Assembly (NCBI RefSeq): GCF_002105155.1
Contig: NW_019029021.1
Location: 62,001-126,000 of the forward strand
Reading direction: 5' to 3'
Length of the DNA: 64,000 nucleotides
DNA from: Lobosporangium transversale
Taxonomy: Eukaryota
Shown here piece after piece: positions 37,151 through 51,720 of this stretch (position 1 is the stretch's first letter; each line of letters opens with the position of its first letter). The position numbers were made by a program, and so were the translations under genes. The notes under the pieces were generated by a model. It ran no database searches, was not told where the DNA came from, and was given only the letters and a program-made list of their open reading frames with translations.

Positions 37151-38349
37151 ATCCCAAACAAGCTTCTTTAAAGTTCTGGCCCCGCAACTCCAAAAAGTTA
37201 TGTTTCCATATGTTGGAATTTCTACACGCGCATGGAGATATGGCTTTAAAAAGTGCTTCTAGCTGATATCCATGTTCCTTCCAGGCCATATCCTTTTGTT
37301 ATGTCCCAGGGTTTGGAGGTTCCTCAAAAGAAACTTTCATTTTAATCCGTAATATCAGATTAATTAGTGACGGCTATGGCAGGGCCTAATAAAAGGTTCC
37401 ACATAGCAACCATAATAAACAACTCTCGATCTCCTTGGCATACCAGCCTTCAGAAAATATCCCAGCTTGTGGTCGTATCCTCGGTGTTACTATCAACGGC
37501 TATATATATATATGTTTCTTTTTTTTTTTGTTCTGAGGATATGGCGAAGATGAAATAGCACATGATATCTTTTCAGCCCCATCCGAACGAGTCGATACAA
37601 AGGAATGAAGGGATGAGACGGAGGTGTATTTCCATAGAAGAATAACACTTGCTGTCCTTGGTGGTTATTTTGCGCTATTCTGTAAATTTAGCCTGAATAC
37701 AGCATCTGACACGCCGGCATACAAAAAATGTCTGGGTCAAAAAATTCGGGTGTTTTTTCAGCACACAAAAGTTCCCTCCGTTCCGCACAGCAGTATAATA
37801 GGTAAAATAGTGAGATCTGCTCTGGCTGGGCACGTATGGGGCCAGCATTGCGTTATGACTTCAAACCTGTCCTGGGCCCTCTCTACTAGATACATGTGCT
37901 TGCAAGGTATTCTATGCTTGTCGTGATCGGGACTCTACCAACAGCGATCTCCCTACCTTCAGTCGATAGACAAGGCTAGAGGGCATTCTTGGACGAAAGG
38001 CAACCACAATTCAGGCGCATCTTATATATTATTATCGGCCTTTTATTTTTTTTTTTTTTTTTTTTGAGGATTTGGCCAGAATGGAATAGTCTTGTAGATG
38101 TTTCCTTTTCAGCCAATGAAGAACTGGCTCAGATAAGGAGCATGTTCTACCAGTCGAACAAAAGACAGCAAGCTTTCGGTTGGCCCCCGAGAAGACACCA
38201 CTAATAAAACAATAGAGATATATCTATTTCTGCACATGCTGTCTTGCAGTTCTGGTATCGCGGTCTCTTTGGTTTTTTTCCGGACACCAATAAAGTAACT
38301 GTGTTCTGGTAGAGCGCCATGCCTGAAACAATGGCCACATGCCATGCAT

Positions 38350-38640
38350 AAAAGATAAAGCCCTTAAATTCAGAGCCCTTTTAATACTTTTCACACATGG
38401 TGGCAAATACCATCAATTTGTGCTTGACGATTCGCCACCATCTCCATTTGATTGGCTAGGTTTTGTCTTTCCCTGTGGCTGATTAAATACTGTCATTCTG
38501 AACATGTTGTTCATTGCCAATAGCGCTTTGTGGTTCGGTCATCCACAGCTCATCAACGCAATAGCTAATAGCTGACGCGAACTTTTATTTGCAACAGCAG
38601 CATATTACTCTTTGTCCAATATTCGCCTGTTTTATCTTCA
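38350..38640 (-). repeat. Non-coding inverted duplicate of about 61745-62020 (upstream region of copy D)
   Basis: ttttaatacttttcacacatggtggcaaataccatcaatttgtgcttgacgattcgccaccatctccatttgattggctaggttttgtc is the reverse complement of about 61901-61989. Confidence 0.92.
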
Positions 38641-39363
38641 AAGAATTAGTTGCTATACTTTCTTTTTCAAGTACTATTTTCTCTTTTCAATTCTTTTTCC
38701 TCCTCTCTACCAGCAATCGATAGCTGTCGAGCCGACGAGCACTATAGTTCAGCTCAACTATCATCAGCTCCGCCACCCCCAGCTTTCTGCCATATTGAGC
38801 AGACAGATATGAATATGGCTCACATAACCTCTTCGAGCTAGACAGTCGTCTAGCATCCTGTCAAACACTCAGCAATGTTAACCACATACCGTTCAAAGAT
38901 TTAGAGCGTGGATAGGAAAGGGATATGACTGATGAATGTTTGACACCGGGACGTATAGTTGTGAAAGTAAAAGTTTAACACCAAGCCAGGCGAGGGAACC
39001 CTGGCAACAGCACAATGGCGGATGCAGTATTCCGAGAACCATTGTATACTCCCTCTATATCAACGCTGTGAAAAGGAACGTATAATAGAAAGGAGTAATA
39101 GTGAGGAAAAGAACAAATAGGAATCAAACAAAGGCGAGATTCACCAACCTCTTCAACTAATCCAGCTCCCCTAAAGTAAACCAAGTTGCTGCACAACTCA
39201 TAAGGCAGCTATAAAAAATAAAAAGAAAGTTCCTATTTTGAGACAAACGCATGTTGCATAGATATTCAATTTGGGAAGCTACTCTCTGTTGGATAGTTCC
39301 TGCGATGCAATGCTTTGTACATATTTTTATTACTGTGGTGGCTCTTATTACCTTCATTATTAT

Positions 39364-40857
39364 CTAGATTATGTTATGTGATTCAAAGAACTCTTCCAGC
39401 AAAGCAGCTGCATCTTCCTCGCCGTTCAGAACACCATGCACGCCTCTAAATCTTGGCCAATTGTTCACCATCCATGTCGCATCCTCAAGCTGCATTCGCT
39501 GCTGATAATCTGTAACCCTTAGCGTATCTAGTCTCTTCAGATTGGCTAGTTCATCCAGACCTGCTCTTAGTCTTATGTCCAGTGTCCGACTGTAGAGCTG
39601 TGTTAGGTCAAGATGTTCTAGCCGAGTCAGCTTGCCAAGCTGCTTAAACGCAATACGTGCCTTTGCCATCCCTTCTTCAGTCTCTTGATCAATATCTGCC
39701 TCAAGAGTGATACTCAAGTGAGTCAATCCACTACATACCCATTCTGCTCCATTGACAATCTCTGATACTGTAGTTTTAGATCCTTCCAGTCTCTTCAGTC
39801 GTGGACAATTTGATAAAATAGCCTGAGCAACACTGCTATCTCCAGCGAGCACTAACGTCTCAACTGTCTCACAGAGTCTCCGAAGCCTTGTCTTCTGTAC
39901 TAGCTGTCCATTATCCATCACTTCTTGCTTGTCAGCTAGCAACTCTTGCAAAGAGAGCTGATCGAATATAGCATAAGGGAGGTCTAACTGCCTTAATCCT
40001 GTCATCCGTCTGAGAATTGCCGCCATATCCTTGTCTTCTATTATCTCACAGGAACATAGATCTGACAAGTTATTCAGAGCCCAAGGGTGCTGAAGGAATA
40101 CCCTGTAGAAGTCTGACTGATCTTCTTCGTCCCAGCTCTCAATGTCCAATGAACGCAATGCTCGACAATTCCTTACTAACATCCCGAGGCAATACCAGCT
40201 GCTGTACGGATGCGGAGGGTTGGTTACCCTGACATTCGAAATACACAGTGTGCGTATGTTTGGGAAAATATACTCGCTGTCCTCATTACTAAAGAAGTTG
40301 ATAGGTAGCTGGATGGACACTTCTTCCAATTTCAAGTGATGAAGTCTCTTGCATACTTGAAGGAATAGATCGGCTCCAACATCAATAACTTTGCCATAAA
40401 CCTCCAAGTGCCTGAGATTGATGCATTCCAATAAAGCCTCCCAGAGCTCTGACGAACACGAAAACTTAATATTTTCGTTCAAGCAAAGGCTAGTGATGAT
40501 GGAGCCATAAGCCTTGATATGGTTGAAAAGGTGGATTGGTTTGGACCATTTACATTCATCTCCAAATACGATAGACTTGAGTCCCTGCAGTGATCCATAC
40601 TTCTTTGGGAAAGAAGCCTTAAAGGTGTAAGACTCAAATGTTATCTCTTCAATGTATTCCTTGTGCTTCTGTACTGCTTTACTATTAGGATCTCCTTGCG
40701 GTCCGACAGTGATTTTCCTCCATATGAGGCTGATAAGAGTTTTATGAAAAGCCTTGGAGACGCGGATACAGTTCAGAAGGTCGCTTCGCTCGAGCAGCTC
40801 AGCAATGAGTAAGAGGATTTCTGGAATCTGTAAGGGATTCAGCTTAAGGTTGTCCAT
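39364..40857 (-). CDS. F-box/LRR family protein, copy A
   Basis: Intact intronless ORF: MDNLKLNPLQIPEILLLIAELL...CIRVSKAFH, EWVCSGL, GLDELANLKRL. Confidence 0.88.
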   Translation of the reverse strand: MDNLKLNPLQIPEILLLIAELLERSDLLNCIRVSKAFHKTLISLIWRKITVGPQGDPNSKAVQKHKEYIEEITFESYTFKASFPKKYGSLQGLKSIVFGDECKWSKPIHLFNHIKAYGSIITSLCLNENIKFSCSSELWEALLECINLRHLEVYGKVIDVGADLFLQVCKRLHHLKLEEVSIQLPINFFSNEDSEYIFPNIRTLCISNVRVTNPPHPYSSWYCLGMLVRNCRALRSLDIESWDEEDQSDFYRVFLQHPWALNNLSDLCSCEIIEDKDMAAILRRMTGLRQLDLPYAIFDQLSLQELLADKQEVMDNGQLVQKTRLRRLCETVETLVLAGDSSVAQAILSNCPRLKRLEGSKTTVSEIVNGAEWVCSGLTHLSITLEADIDQETEEGMAKARIAFKQLGKLTRLEHLDLTQLYSRTLDIRLRAGLDELANLKRLDTLRVTDYQQRMQLEDATWMVNNWPRFRGVHGVLNGEEDAAALLEEFFESHNII

Positions 40858-41578
40858 GTTGCGAAGAAACAAAGTCGATGGAGTGAGAAAAACAAATGTG
40901 GCTGGATTTTACAGTCCACGCTTGATTTCAAGACAAATCTATCCTATCCAAAAAGCGCGAAATAAATCGTCACTAAAATAATTAGCAACCTCCCTAAAAG
41001 TGAAGGGACAAATCTTTCACATTTATGACATTTCCCTTAAGGAGGCTGCCAAATAAATGTGCGGCTATTATTTTTTCAAATTGGATAGAATACTGTATTC
41101 ATTTCTACGCTTGATTTTAAGTCAGGTTTATACGTCAAAAGCGAGATTGAATTCCACTAACCATTGCATCTACTTTATCTCAACGTTGTGAAAAGAATCG
41201 TTTAAGAGAAAGGAGCAATAGCAAGAAAAAGAAGAAGGACGAATCAAACAAAGACGAGATTCAGTTATCCCTTCATCTAAACCTACAGTAGATCAAGTTG
41301 CTGCACTACTCGTTGGGCAGCAAAATAAAGGCCCTATTTTGAGACAAACCCATGCTGCGCATAGGCTATCCAAGTTGGGGAGATGTTCTCCACTTTTGGA
41401 TAGTTTCTGCAATGGCAATGCTTTGCGCATATGTTCATTACTGTGGCGACTCTTATCACCTTCATTATCATTTAGGTCGAATAACAGCTATCAGGAAGTA
41501 GATGTGCACTAAAAGATCCATGTGTAAGATCTCTGTCTCTATATCAGGGTATGACCTGGTAATACTTTCCTCTATATT

Positions 41579-43098
41579 CTATCTTCTATTGGATATGTTA
41601 TGTGATTTAAGGAGCCCTTTCAGCAAAGCAGCTGTCTCTTCCTCACCGTTCAGAACACCACCCACACCTCTGATCTTTGGCCTGTTGTTCATCATCCATG
41701 TCGCATCCTCAAGCTATATTCGCTGGCAGCGATCAAATCTGAAGCTTAGGCAATTTAGTCTCTTCAGATTGGCTAGTTCATCCAGACCTGCTCTTAATCT
41801 CATGTCCAGTCTCCGTCTATCTAGACTCCTTGGGTCCCATCCTGTTAGGTCAAGACTTTCAAGCCGAGTCAGTTTACCTAGTTGTCTAAACGCAATACGT
41901 GCCTTTGCCATCCCTCCCTCAGTCTCCTGATCAATATCTGCCCTAAGATAGATATTCAAGCGAGTTAACCTAGTACAAACCCATTCTGTTCCATCGACAA
42001 TCTCTGATACTGTAATTACAAATCCATCCAGTATTTTCAGTCGTGGGCATTTTGATAAAATAGTCTGGCCACCAATACCGTTATTTATCACGAATACCAG
42101 CGTCTCAACTGTCTCACAAAGCCTCCAAAACCTTGTCTTTCGTACTAGTTGTCCATTATCCATCACTTCTTGCTTGTCAGCTAGCAACTCCTGCAAAGAG
42201 AGCTGACCGAATTTACACGCAGGGAGGCATAGCCATTTTATTTCACTCATCCGTCTAAGAAGCGTTGCTATATCCTCGCCCTCGATTGTGATATAGGCAC
42301 GTAGGTCTGACAGATTATTCAGAGTCCAAGGATGCTGAAGGAGCGCTACCTTGTAGAAGTCTCCTTCATCTCGGCTGTGACCCTTAATGTCCAGTGAACA
42401 CAATGCTGGGCAGCTCCTTGCTTGCATCCCGAGGCAATACCAGTCGCTGTACGAATGCAGAAGGTCGGCTATCCTGACATGGTCAATACGGAGTGTGTGT
42501 TTATTTGAGAAAATATATTCACTGTGCTCTGTACTAAGAATATTGACAGGGAGCTGGTGAATGGTTACATGGTCCAATTCCAAGTGCCGAAGCTCCTAGT
42601 AGACTTGTAGGAATAAGTCAACTCCAACATCGACATCTTTGCGATTAATCTTCAAGTGGTTGAGGTTGGTGCATTCTAACAAAACCTTCCAGAGCTCTGG
42701 CGGATACTCAATACATTCGGTTGCATGAAAGCTAGTGATGATGGAGCTGTGGGCCTTGATCTGATTGATGGCGTGGATCGGTTCGGGCTATGAGCACCAC
42801 CATGTGTATGTGATGGACTGAAGCCTATGTAACGGCTCATGCCTCTCTGGAAATGAGTTATTAAACTTGTAGCTTTCAAATGTAATTTCTTCAATGTATT
42901 CGTTATGCTTCTGCACTGCTTTGCTGTCAGGTTCTCCTCCCTGTCCGATTGTGATTATCCTCCAAGTGAGTCCGATAAGAGTTATATGAAAAGCCCTGGA
43001 GACGTGGATACAGTTTAGAAGTCTCTTTGCTCGAGCAGCTCGGCAATGTGTAAGAAGATTTCCGGGATCTCGAAGGGATTCAGCTTAAGGTTGTCCAT
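41579..43098 (-). pseudogene. F-box/LRR family copy B, disrupted
   Basis: Full-length homology to copies A, C and D, but with in-frame stops (about 42676, 42596, 41714) and frameshifts in the 5' part. Confidence 0.85.
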
Positions 43099-44961
43099 GC
43101 TGCGAGAGATGGAGCGATAAAAAAAAAAAAAAAAAAAAAAAAAAAAGACGACGATGTGGCCGGAATTTGTGTCGACAGAGAAATTGAGTTTCAGAAACTA
43201 CTGCGCACTCTTTCCAACTCTAAACGTGCATGTAACTGCGTCTCTCAGGGTGTCAATCATAATTGAAAATACATCTTCCTCAAAAGGATAAGAAATTATG
43301 TTTTTGAGTAAAAAGGAAAAAGATGGAGAAATATTATAAAGTGTAGTATGGAAACTGTCTGGCTTTTAGACAATAATACTGAAGGGAACTACTAGAATTT
43401 CCCCAAAACCTCTTTGAACTCTCAAGCATAAGCATTGGATCAATGTACATTGGTTCTGAAGTCGAAGTGCAAGTGGCTGAAGATGTCGAAGTTGTCAAGG
43501 ATGGCAGGGATAGTCGTCAGCAAAGACAGAGATACCGATTCATACCACATCATCAATGTGACATGGACTGATGTCTTTTGATAGTGCATAAAAGATATCT
43601 CCAAGAACCCAAATCCTGGTAACAGCAAATTCATATGAGCCCCCACTGACATTTGATTGCCTCCAAAGTTGCAATGATCTCCTTCCTATGTGAGCCAATC
43701 TGGTAGTTGGGAGGCGTCGAATCCCTCTTTTTCTGCTGTCCTCAATGCCGTAGCTAGGACCTCTGGCCGCTTTGTGAGTCATCCTTTGAACTAGAAGCAC
43801 AGGTCAAATAGTTGGTGAATATAAGCTAGCTTGCAATATGTCCTTTAGATATATTTTGCCACTTGGAAGCTTGTAAACTCTTACATCTGGGAAATGTTAC
43901 AAAAAAAAAACTAGGCGTGGATTATGCTGCAGAGAAGAGAGTTTTGACTTGATTCCTATCGACCGACAGAGGAAGCAAGAAATCTAGGCTGGATCTTTCC
44001 ATTCGTTTGTCTTGATGCACTCTTTGAAGAAACATGAGTACATACGTTGGAGTGAGAGAGTAACGGGGTCATTCCTAGGTAATGTGATATATTCTGTAGC
44101 TATTTTCTGAGTGTGTATGTCCTAGACAATGATGCAGGCCCTTGTTGGCCAATAAAAAAAAATAAAAAAAAAAAAAAAAGAAAAGAAAAAAACCTCTCTT
44201 ATCTTTTCATGTCAACCTGCTACCTCCGAGATTCAAAGATAGAAGGTCAAATGTCAAGTTGACGGACAAGTTTGTGGGAGATGGATGTGGGGGGAAGAAA
44301 TAATTAGCCACCAAATCAAAATCAAAAAAAAAGAGCTCCTATGACGCTTTCGGTTTCTAGTCATGTTAGTCTACTATGTCACATCCCAGAAACTCATCCT
44401 ATTGTCAATTAAGAGGTTGTCTCCAGAGCTGTTCCTTGTCATTAAAGGATATTAGAGAAACTTTACAAATTAGGTTTTCTTTTTCATAAAAAAAGTGTCT
44501 CGTTTTTTTTTTTATTCAACGTTACAAGACGTCATCGCCAAATGTTAATCGACAATGTTCCTGTAACTTTAAACAAAGTTACGCGCGAGAAACCCCACTG
44601 TCCAATGACAATGTAAATAATAAAAAAAAAAACGTGGCAATTTTGTCTCCTTTGGAGATTAAGTAAATGAATAAAGAACAACCACGAACTCACACAACTT
44701 TTTTTTTTTTTTAAGACTGCAATAGGACCTTAGTTGGTGATATACGATGCAGACATAGTCTATGGTGAAATGGATGAAAGAAGTAAGATTTATATATATA
44801 AATAAGACAATTAGGCACTCCTTTCTAAAAAGTATGGATCCATATGCACTAATGAGTCCCTGATTCCAGATGACGTGAGGAAACGAGATATTACAAATAT
44901 ATAACGTATATACTATTGAGAGCCATCATTCCTAGGACGTAGGGAACCAGCCAAGCGATTC

Positions 44962-45003
<42 letters not shown>
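44962..45003. repeat. (TAA)n microsatellite, about 14 units
   Basis: Directly visible. Confidence 0.95.
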
Positions 45004-45006
<3 letters not shown>

Positions 45007-45163
45007 TTGCTTATGTGGGCTAGTTGGCTCCTGAATCGCAATTTAGGAACTTCTGAATTGAGGCAACTCCCTTTAATCTTCTTTATGTTATTGACAACCC
45101 CTTCTTTTCATTATTAATGCATTAATGGATCGGGAGATCCGTTGCTTAAAGGAATGTGAGAGC

Positions 45164-45199
<36 letters not shown>

Positions 45200-45376
45200 C
45201 AAAGTATACTGTTACGATGACAAAGGGTTATTCTTGGCTTGGTTATATAAAGTATATTATATCACTAGATATATATATAGTGTATATGATATATATATGT
45301 ATAATACTTTTGTTCAATTACACGTTTCGAAGCATAGCAAAAGCCTCGGCTCCCTCTTCCTGGTTTCCCCTCCTCT

Positions 45377-45413
<37 letters not shown>

Positions 45414-47625
45414 TCTCAATGCCCCCGATCCAAATCGAGATTTAGACTGCTCTTACCGATCCTTATTATTTTTAACTACCACACTTTTTTTTTTTTTTTT
45501 CTGCTCCCAGTAGTAAAGTCGAAATACACTTTCTAGAATGAGCAAAAAAAAAAACAAAAAAAAAAACAAAAAAACAAAAACGACTAACAATCGCCGATTG
45601 CATAAATTGGAAGAGGGGAAAAGGGAGAAAGAGAGCCAAGGATATATCGGGGATTCCATCGGGGTTGCCATGTTTTTGGGCTGAATGCATAACGAAAAAA
45701 AAATAAAATAAAATAAAAAAAATAAAAAATAAAATAGAAAATATAAAGAAATCGCGATCCAATGTATATACGATTTATTTAGATCTGGGCTTTCTCAAGT
45801 AGCAAAGTAGCAAAATAGCAAAGCAATGGCTCCATTATGCATGCTTCTCTTTCTATACAAAATAAGCAGAATAAACAAAATCTTGGAGAAATCTTGGTTT
45901 GAGTAGATCGGGCTTTGAATAGCGCGCATACGCACATTTTAGAGCGCAGTCTTTTACTCTTTGTAAAGAAAATAAACATTTTTTTGCTTTTTATTTTTTA
46001 TTTTTATTTTCTCTTGACAACGTCCATCCATGATCCCGTTACGTTTTGTATATACTTTACCCGGTCCCTTCACCCCCCCCTGAATCGAGAAAAATCATGA
46101 TGTACCTCTTTATCTTCACTCTTTCTTTTTATTTTATTTTTTATTCTCTTCTACAACCCGATCTCCTTATTTTATAGATCTCGATGAAGAAAGGAAAAAA
46201 AAAAAAAGAGCGCTCAATAATAATAATAATAAATAAATAAAATAAAAAGAAATAAAAAGAAAAAATAAAGGTCTGAAAGCTCTTTTTCTACCCATAAAAA
46301 CGTGTATATATACATATATATATATATATAGTGAATATACTTCATGAGAGTGAGAGTGAGAGTGAGAGTAAGAGAGGAGCAGAGAGAAAAAAAAAAAGCC
46401 CATGTAAAGCAAGTTATGCAGTTATGCGGTTATTATGCGGGGAAGAGAGCAAAATAAGGGATTGAGGAAAGAGGGTGGTGAATAGAGAGAGAGAGAGCGA
46501 GAGAGAAGGAGAGGCTCATTTCTACATGAATCTAAACTAAATCAGCAAAGAGGAATATCGGGGAGTGAAGGGGTAGAGGAGGGGGGGAACTGGTGGCTGC
46601 CTGGCTGCCTGGCTGCCTGTCTGCTTACATGAAAAGCAAAAAGTTGAAACGTAAGGGGGTGAATTGATAACTTTAACAATTTTACATGTACTGTACATGA
46701 ACAGTAACATGCGTATCCATGTTTACTGGAGTGGTGTGGACCATTCATCTTTTGTGGATAAATTTTATATTCCAGTATTTTGGTTTATGGACATTAATAG
46801 ATGTGCATGGTATGGCAAACGCGGAGGTGTTGGCAGGGGGGGAGTGTTTGCTTAGATGTCCAATGCGTACATGAGATATTCAGAAAAGTCCTCCTAACTA
46901 TCGCCAAAAGGCAAAAACGCCAATCCCCAAGACCCATTTCATCTAGAAAGGAAAGAAAAAGAGTGCTTTCTGGTGAAAACAAAACATGAATGCACCCTCC
47001 TTTCTTTTTTCTTTTGATAGTCCAAGCCCAAACGTTGCTCTTCTCCTTCTTTTATCGTATCTCATATCATGTCATACATATCATAAGCCATATAACCAAC
47101 GATACCCGTGACATGAATGTATATATACATGTATGCTTTATTTTTTTCGGTTTTCTTTTTCTTTTTTTGAGGGCCCATTCTTGTCAAGATCTCCAAGATT
47201 CAAAACGGTTTTGCTGTTTCGCCTCTTGGTATGAGCCAACTTCAAACAGTTGAACAATGTGGAGACAGATGAGCAAACACAGCAAAAAAAAAAAAAAAAA
47301 GTATATATCCACTCTGTCCACTCAAAAGTAAGAACGAGAAAAAGAGCAAGAGCAAGAGCAAGAGAAGAAAGGGAGAAGAGAATAAGGAGAAGAGAGGGGG
47401 AGGAAGGGGAGGTTTGAAGATCGGGAGCATTGCAGATTGTTGATTGGTCTAAAACCGATTAGTTTTAGTCGAATTGGATTTGAGATCTCATATTCCAGCG
47501 ATGCTTAATCTTTTTGCATTTGACCTTTTTGCCCTTTCTTTGTTTTGCTATGCTTGACAGGCTTATGTGGAAAACGGATATGGTTTTTACCAATAAAGAC
47601 CTTTAGTTTTCAACTTGGTCTAGCC

Positions 47626-47656
<31 letters not shown>

Positions 47657-47996
47657 TTTCTTTCACTCTTGCTCAGATAGTGTATAAATGTATAAATACA
47701 ATATACATAAATATATATACCATGGTCAGCTGTAGTTATGGATCAGTTAAAGTGCTGCGATATTTCAATATGGTCGGACGCTCAGTCCATTTAAAATAAA
47801 AAAATGCAATACCATCCATGGGAACTGACATGCTTATTACACAAGGACATTAATTGGCCAGGATTCATGGTGATGGAACGTGATTTCCATTCGATCGGTT
47901 GTTAAACGATCAAAAATCAGAAGCATCGGAAGCGATGCAAATCACAACACATGGCGATTTATTTGCGATGCTGATACTGATGCTGATGCTCAAGTC

Positions 47997-48040
<44 letters not shown>

Positions 48041-49625
48041 TCATGCCAATTTGGTTGGACAAAAATAAAATTTGTATTACATGTTTTATATTCGGCCTGC
48101 CTTGCTTGGTAATGCCAGTTGCAAGCATGCTCTCTTTTTTTTATTTGTTTTGTCCATTCCACATGATTTGAATAGTTGAATTGATCTATTCATGTACGAT
48201 GATTACCACAGGGTGGGACAGACGGCACATGTCTATCCCACTCTGTCACACATTGATGTGACACTTTTTAAATTACATGTACGTTTTTATCCGTGGCTGT
48301 AAATCAAACGAGGGGGAAGGGAAGGAAACGGAGGGAAAGGGAAGGGAAGGAAAGTCAGGTGAACGTGTAATAAAAATCTCTTTTGTCCAAGTGACCATGT
48401 TAAACCCAAGAGATGACTAAATCATTTGCCATGGTAAAATATTTAAAAAAACACGTGTAGCTTTTCTTTCTTTCTTTCTTAGAGAGAATGTATATTATTA
48501 GTTTTTTCCCTACGGTCTTCGCCACCATGCGACGCATGAGATGCATATAATTATACGCTTCTGCTAGAGATTTTTTTTTCTTTTCCTACGGTAACCTAAA
48601 GATGTGCGGATCTTCGCCACCATCAGATGACGTTAGTCGGAATGAGTTTCGGCTTGTCCAAACACTTTAAACGTGGCAAGTGACAAGGACGAGCTGCTCA
48701 GTCATCATTGGTGATATCTCCTAACAAATAAATACTATATCTATAATAAATATGTATATATATATATATACATCTACCATCAATCCACCAAACATTACTT
48801 TATATAAAATAGATGTTTCCATTAAATATATTATATATATATATGTAATTATGTGGATTCGTTATGATATTTGGTTGGCCAGAAGAGTTGCCATGATGTG
48901 AGCATGAGGGGCACTTATTGACAATTTGGTTGTCGTCCTTTATTTCGTTTGACAAATAATTGGTGGAATAGTAAAGTAAATTATAATATAAACCTAGCAG
49001 TGGCAGTGGCAGTGGCAGTGGCAGTGGAAGGATCTTTTTTTTTTTTTTTGAGCAATAAAAAAAAAAAAAAAAAACAGTGATGATCCTCTTCCTATTAATC
49101 AAATAGACGGATACTCAAGATCCTTTGCTAACCTATTACAGATTACACCAGGAGAAAGAAGGGAAATAAAAAAAAAAAAAAACCCTTGGCGTTACTGATG
49201 GATCATGGGAGAGAGAGAGAATGAAAGGATCTTATTTTTGGCAGATGGACTGCTGTGAGTAGGCTGTAGAATTCACCCCGCTGTAATTCGAAAATAAGAG
49301 CCAAACGGCAAGCTAAACGCGGTAGCAGAGATAGGTTGAATGGAAAAGAGGGGAAGGGGAGAGGTTGGGGGTTGGGGGGACATGCATATGGAGATTTGGA
49401 GATGGGATTTTAGGAATCCAGGATATTGTCTCTCCACTCCACCGTTCATTCAAACAAAACGGGGTCTCTGTTTTCTGGATGCTGTTCAAAAATCAATGTG
49501 GTAAATCAACTCTAGTCCGGAGAGTGTTATGTGGGCACTAGGGTTACTCGGACAGCCAGAGCACGGGCTTTATTTCCGATACGGCCCTCCTCCTCCGGCC
49601 ATCTCAGCCTTTTGGGCAAAAGGTG

Positions 49626-49657
<32 letters not shown>

Positions 49658-50526
49658 CGCTCTGCCCTCATAGACCGCACACGCCCACTTTTTTTCTTTT
49701 TCTTTTTCTTTTTCTTACGTTTAGTAGACCTAAAGGGTCTCGCCTCAACTCCACTTGAATACTCCATATTATTTTTTAACCACCCATGGGTGTTCCGGTA
49801 TGATGGAAAATGTTGCGGCAACAAACACCACATTTATATTAAAAGGGTTCCCACATGTTAGGTCCAGTAATGGTCATTTCTTTTTTTTATTTTCAGGTGA
49901 AAGTGGCAAGGACCTGAGAAGGGTTCGGGGGGTCAAGGTCAAGGTCAAGGTCAAGGATATCGGTTGGATATGGCTGTTATTGACCATTACGCTTGTCTGT
50001 CTCACATTTGTATAGAGTATAGGATAGTCATGATATTCATTTGTATTGCATTGGATAGAATACAATAAAGATATCGGATAGAGAGACAATAAGGAGCTTC
50101 TTTTTTTTGAATACGTTTGAATTGAGAGAGGATAAAGTGTATATGTAAAATGTAACCAATCAAGTAGAATGTATCGTATCATATGGTAGACCACTGTAAT
50201 CAATATATATATATTTGTATAGAAAAAAGCATTTTAAAATAAACAATCGTCTCTCTCCATCAATTGACCACATTCGTATTCATTATAATATATAATATAA
50301 GACAGAATACAGTATAATAAAATATGTATATAATATATACTTCTTTCAATTGATTGTGGTTATTCATTCCCTGTTTTGTATAAAAGGCATTGCTACGCGC
50401 ATTTCGTTGTGGAACAAAAAAAATTTTTTATTTTTTTAATTCTCTCTCACTCCATTACTTTTGACCATTACTTTCATTACATTCTCCATCCTCCGACTTT
50501 CTTCTTCTTCTTCTTCTCTCTCTCTC

Positions 50527-50560
<34 letters not shown>

Positions 50561-50709
50561 CACTCCACTACCTTCAGTCCTTCTTCTTTCTCTCCAACTC
50601 TCTTTCACCTCTCTATCCCATTCTCACTTTTCCTTTCTTTCTTTTTTTTTTTTTTTTTTTTTTTTACTACACTCCACTCTCTTTGACAATCATACAATCA
50701 TATCCAATC

Positions 50710-51720
50710 ATGGGCACTTTAATCACCTTCATCAGCCAACACATCTCTCTCAGTCCAAGTGCAAGAGACCGTGAACGCGACGATTACTTTGGTCATCAAT
50801 TCCAAAACCAAAAGCGTCCGCAGCAACAACAACAGCAAAGCCAACTCTCTTCATGTTTCCACCAGCGTGAACGTGCCCTTCAGCAGTTCCCTTGTGAAGA
50901 AAAGCATTCGTTCAATCCTCATTATCAACACAATCTCTCCACATCTCCCTCCTACTCTATTCCTCCTTCCCTCAGCTCCTCTCCCTCAAACTCCTCCCCC
51001 TCATCTGCCTACACTAGCAGCTCACATTCCTCCCTCTCCAGAGCAACCGGCTTCCGATCTCTTCCCCAAGACTCTCATATGCACCAGTACAACTACAATA
51101 CCTACAGTGGTAACAACAAGCATGACTACAGCTACCATCGTCGCTACAACCGTCGTCAGGCCTTGAAATGTTATACCTCTCAACAACAAGAGTCCTATGT
51201 GGTGGATGATTGGATGTTCGGGATCGCAGAGGATGATGAGTATCACAATTCCATGAGCACAAACATGATGCGTGCCAGTCCTCAAGAGTCCCCCATCTCC
51301 CCCCCTCTCTCTACCTCGACCGTCTCCCTAAAGTCCTCATTCTCGCGCAAGAACCGTACTCAACGCGGCAGTGTCCTGAGCATGTTCTCCACTGCATCAA
51401 GGTCGACCGTTACCTTCTCACCCGCTGTTGTTGAACACATTGTGAGGACAACGGATCATCCCAAGACCTCCATCGGGTTATTGCCCACCATCTCAGAGTC
51501 GACCTTATCTTCAAGCTCTGCCTCTGTATCCTCTTCTCCCTCCTCCACTTCTCCTTCTTCTTCCAAGAAGTTGTCTGCCAAACAGTCGTTGATGCGTATT
51601 GCACACTGCTCCAAATCCGAGGATGGATGGTGTACCCAGAAGGCAGGACAGTATACCCAACGTTACGCTAGCACACCCCGCAGCATGTCGATCGATGGCC
51701 GCCGTAGCCGTCGAATGTAA
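50710..51720 (+). CDS. Hypothetical Ser-rich protein
   Basis: ATG at 50710 after a CT-rich leader; 336 codons with coding-like bias; no recognised domain. Confidence 0.75.
   Translation: MGTLITFISQHISLSPSARDRERDDYFGHQFQNQKRPQQQQQQSQLSSCFHQRERALQQFPCEEKHSFNPHYQHNLSTSPSYSIPPSLSSSPSNSSPSSAYTSSSHSSLSRATGFRSLPQDSHMHQYNYNTYSGNNKHDYSYHRRYNRRQALKCYTSQQQESYVVDDWMFGIAEDDEYHNSMSTNMMRASPQESPISPPLSTSTVSLKSSFSRKNRTQRGSVLSMFSTASRSTVTFSPAVVEHIVRTTDHPKTSIGLLPTISESTLSSSSASVSSSPSSTSPSSSKKLSAKQSLMRIAHCSKSEDGWCTQKAGQYTQRYASTPRSMSIDGRRSRRM

Noticed and set aside
43440..43800. WVLGDIF, similar to an aspartic protease motif
   Set aside because: The surrounding sequence does not match pepsins; probably chance.
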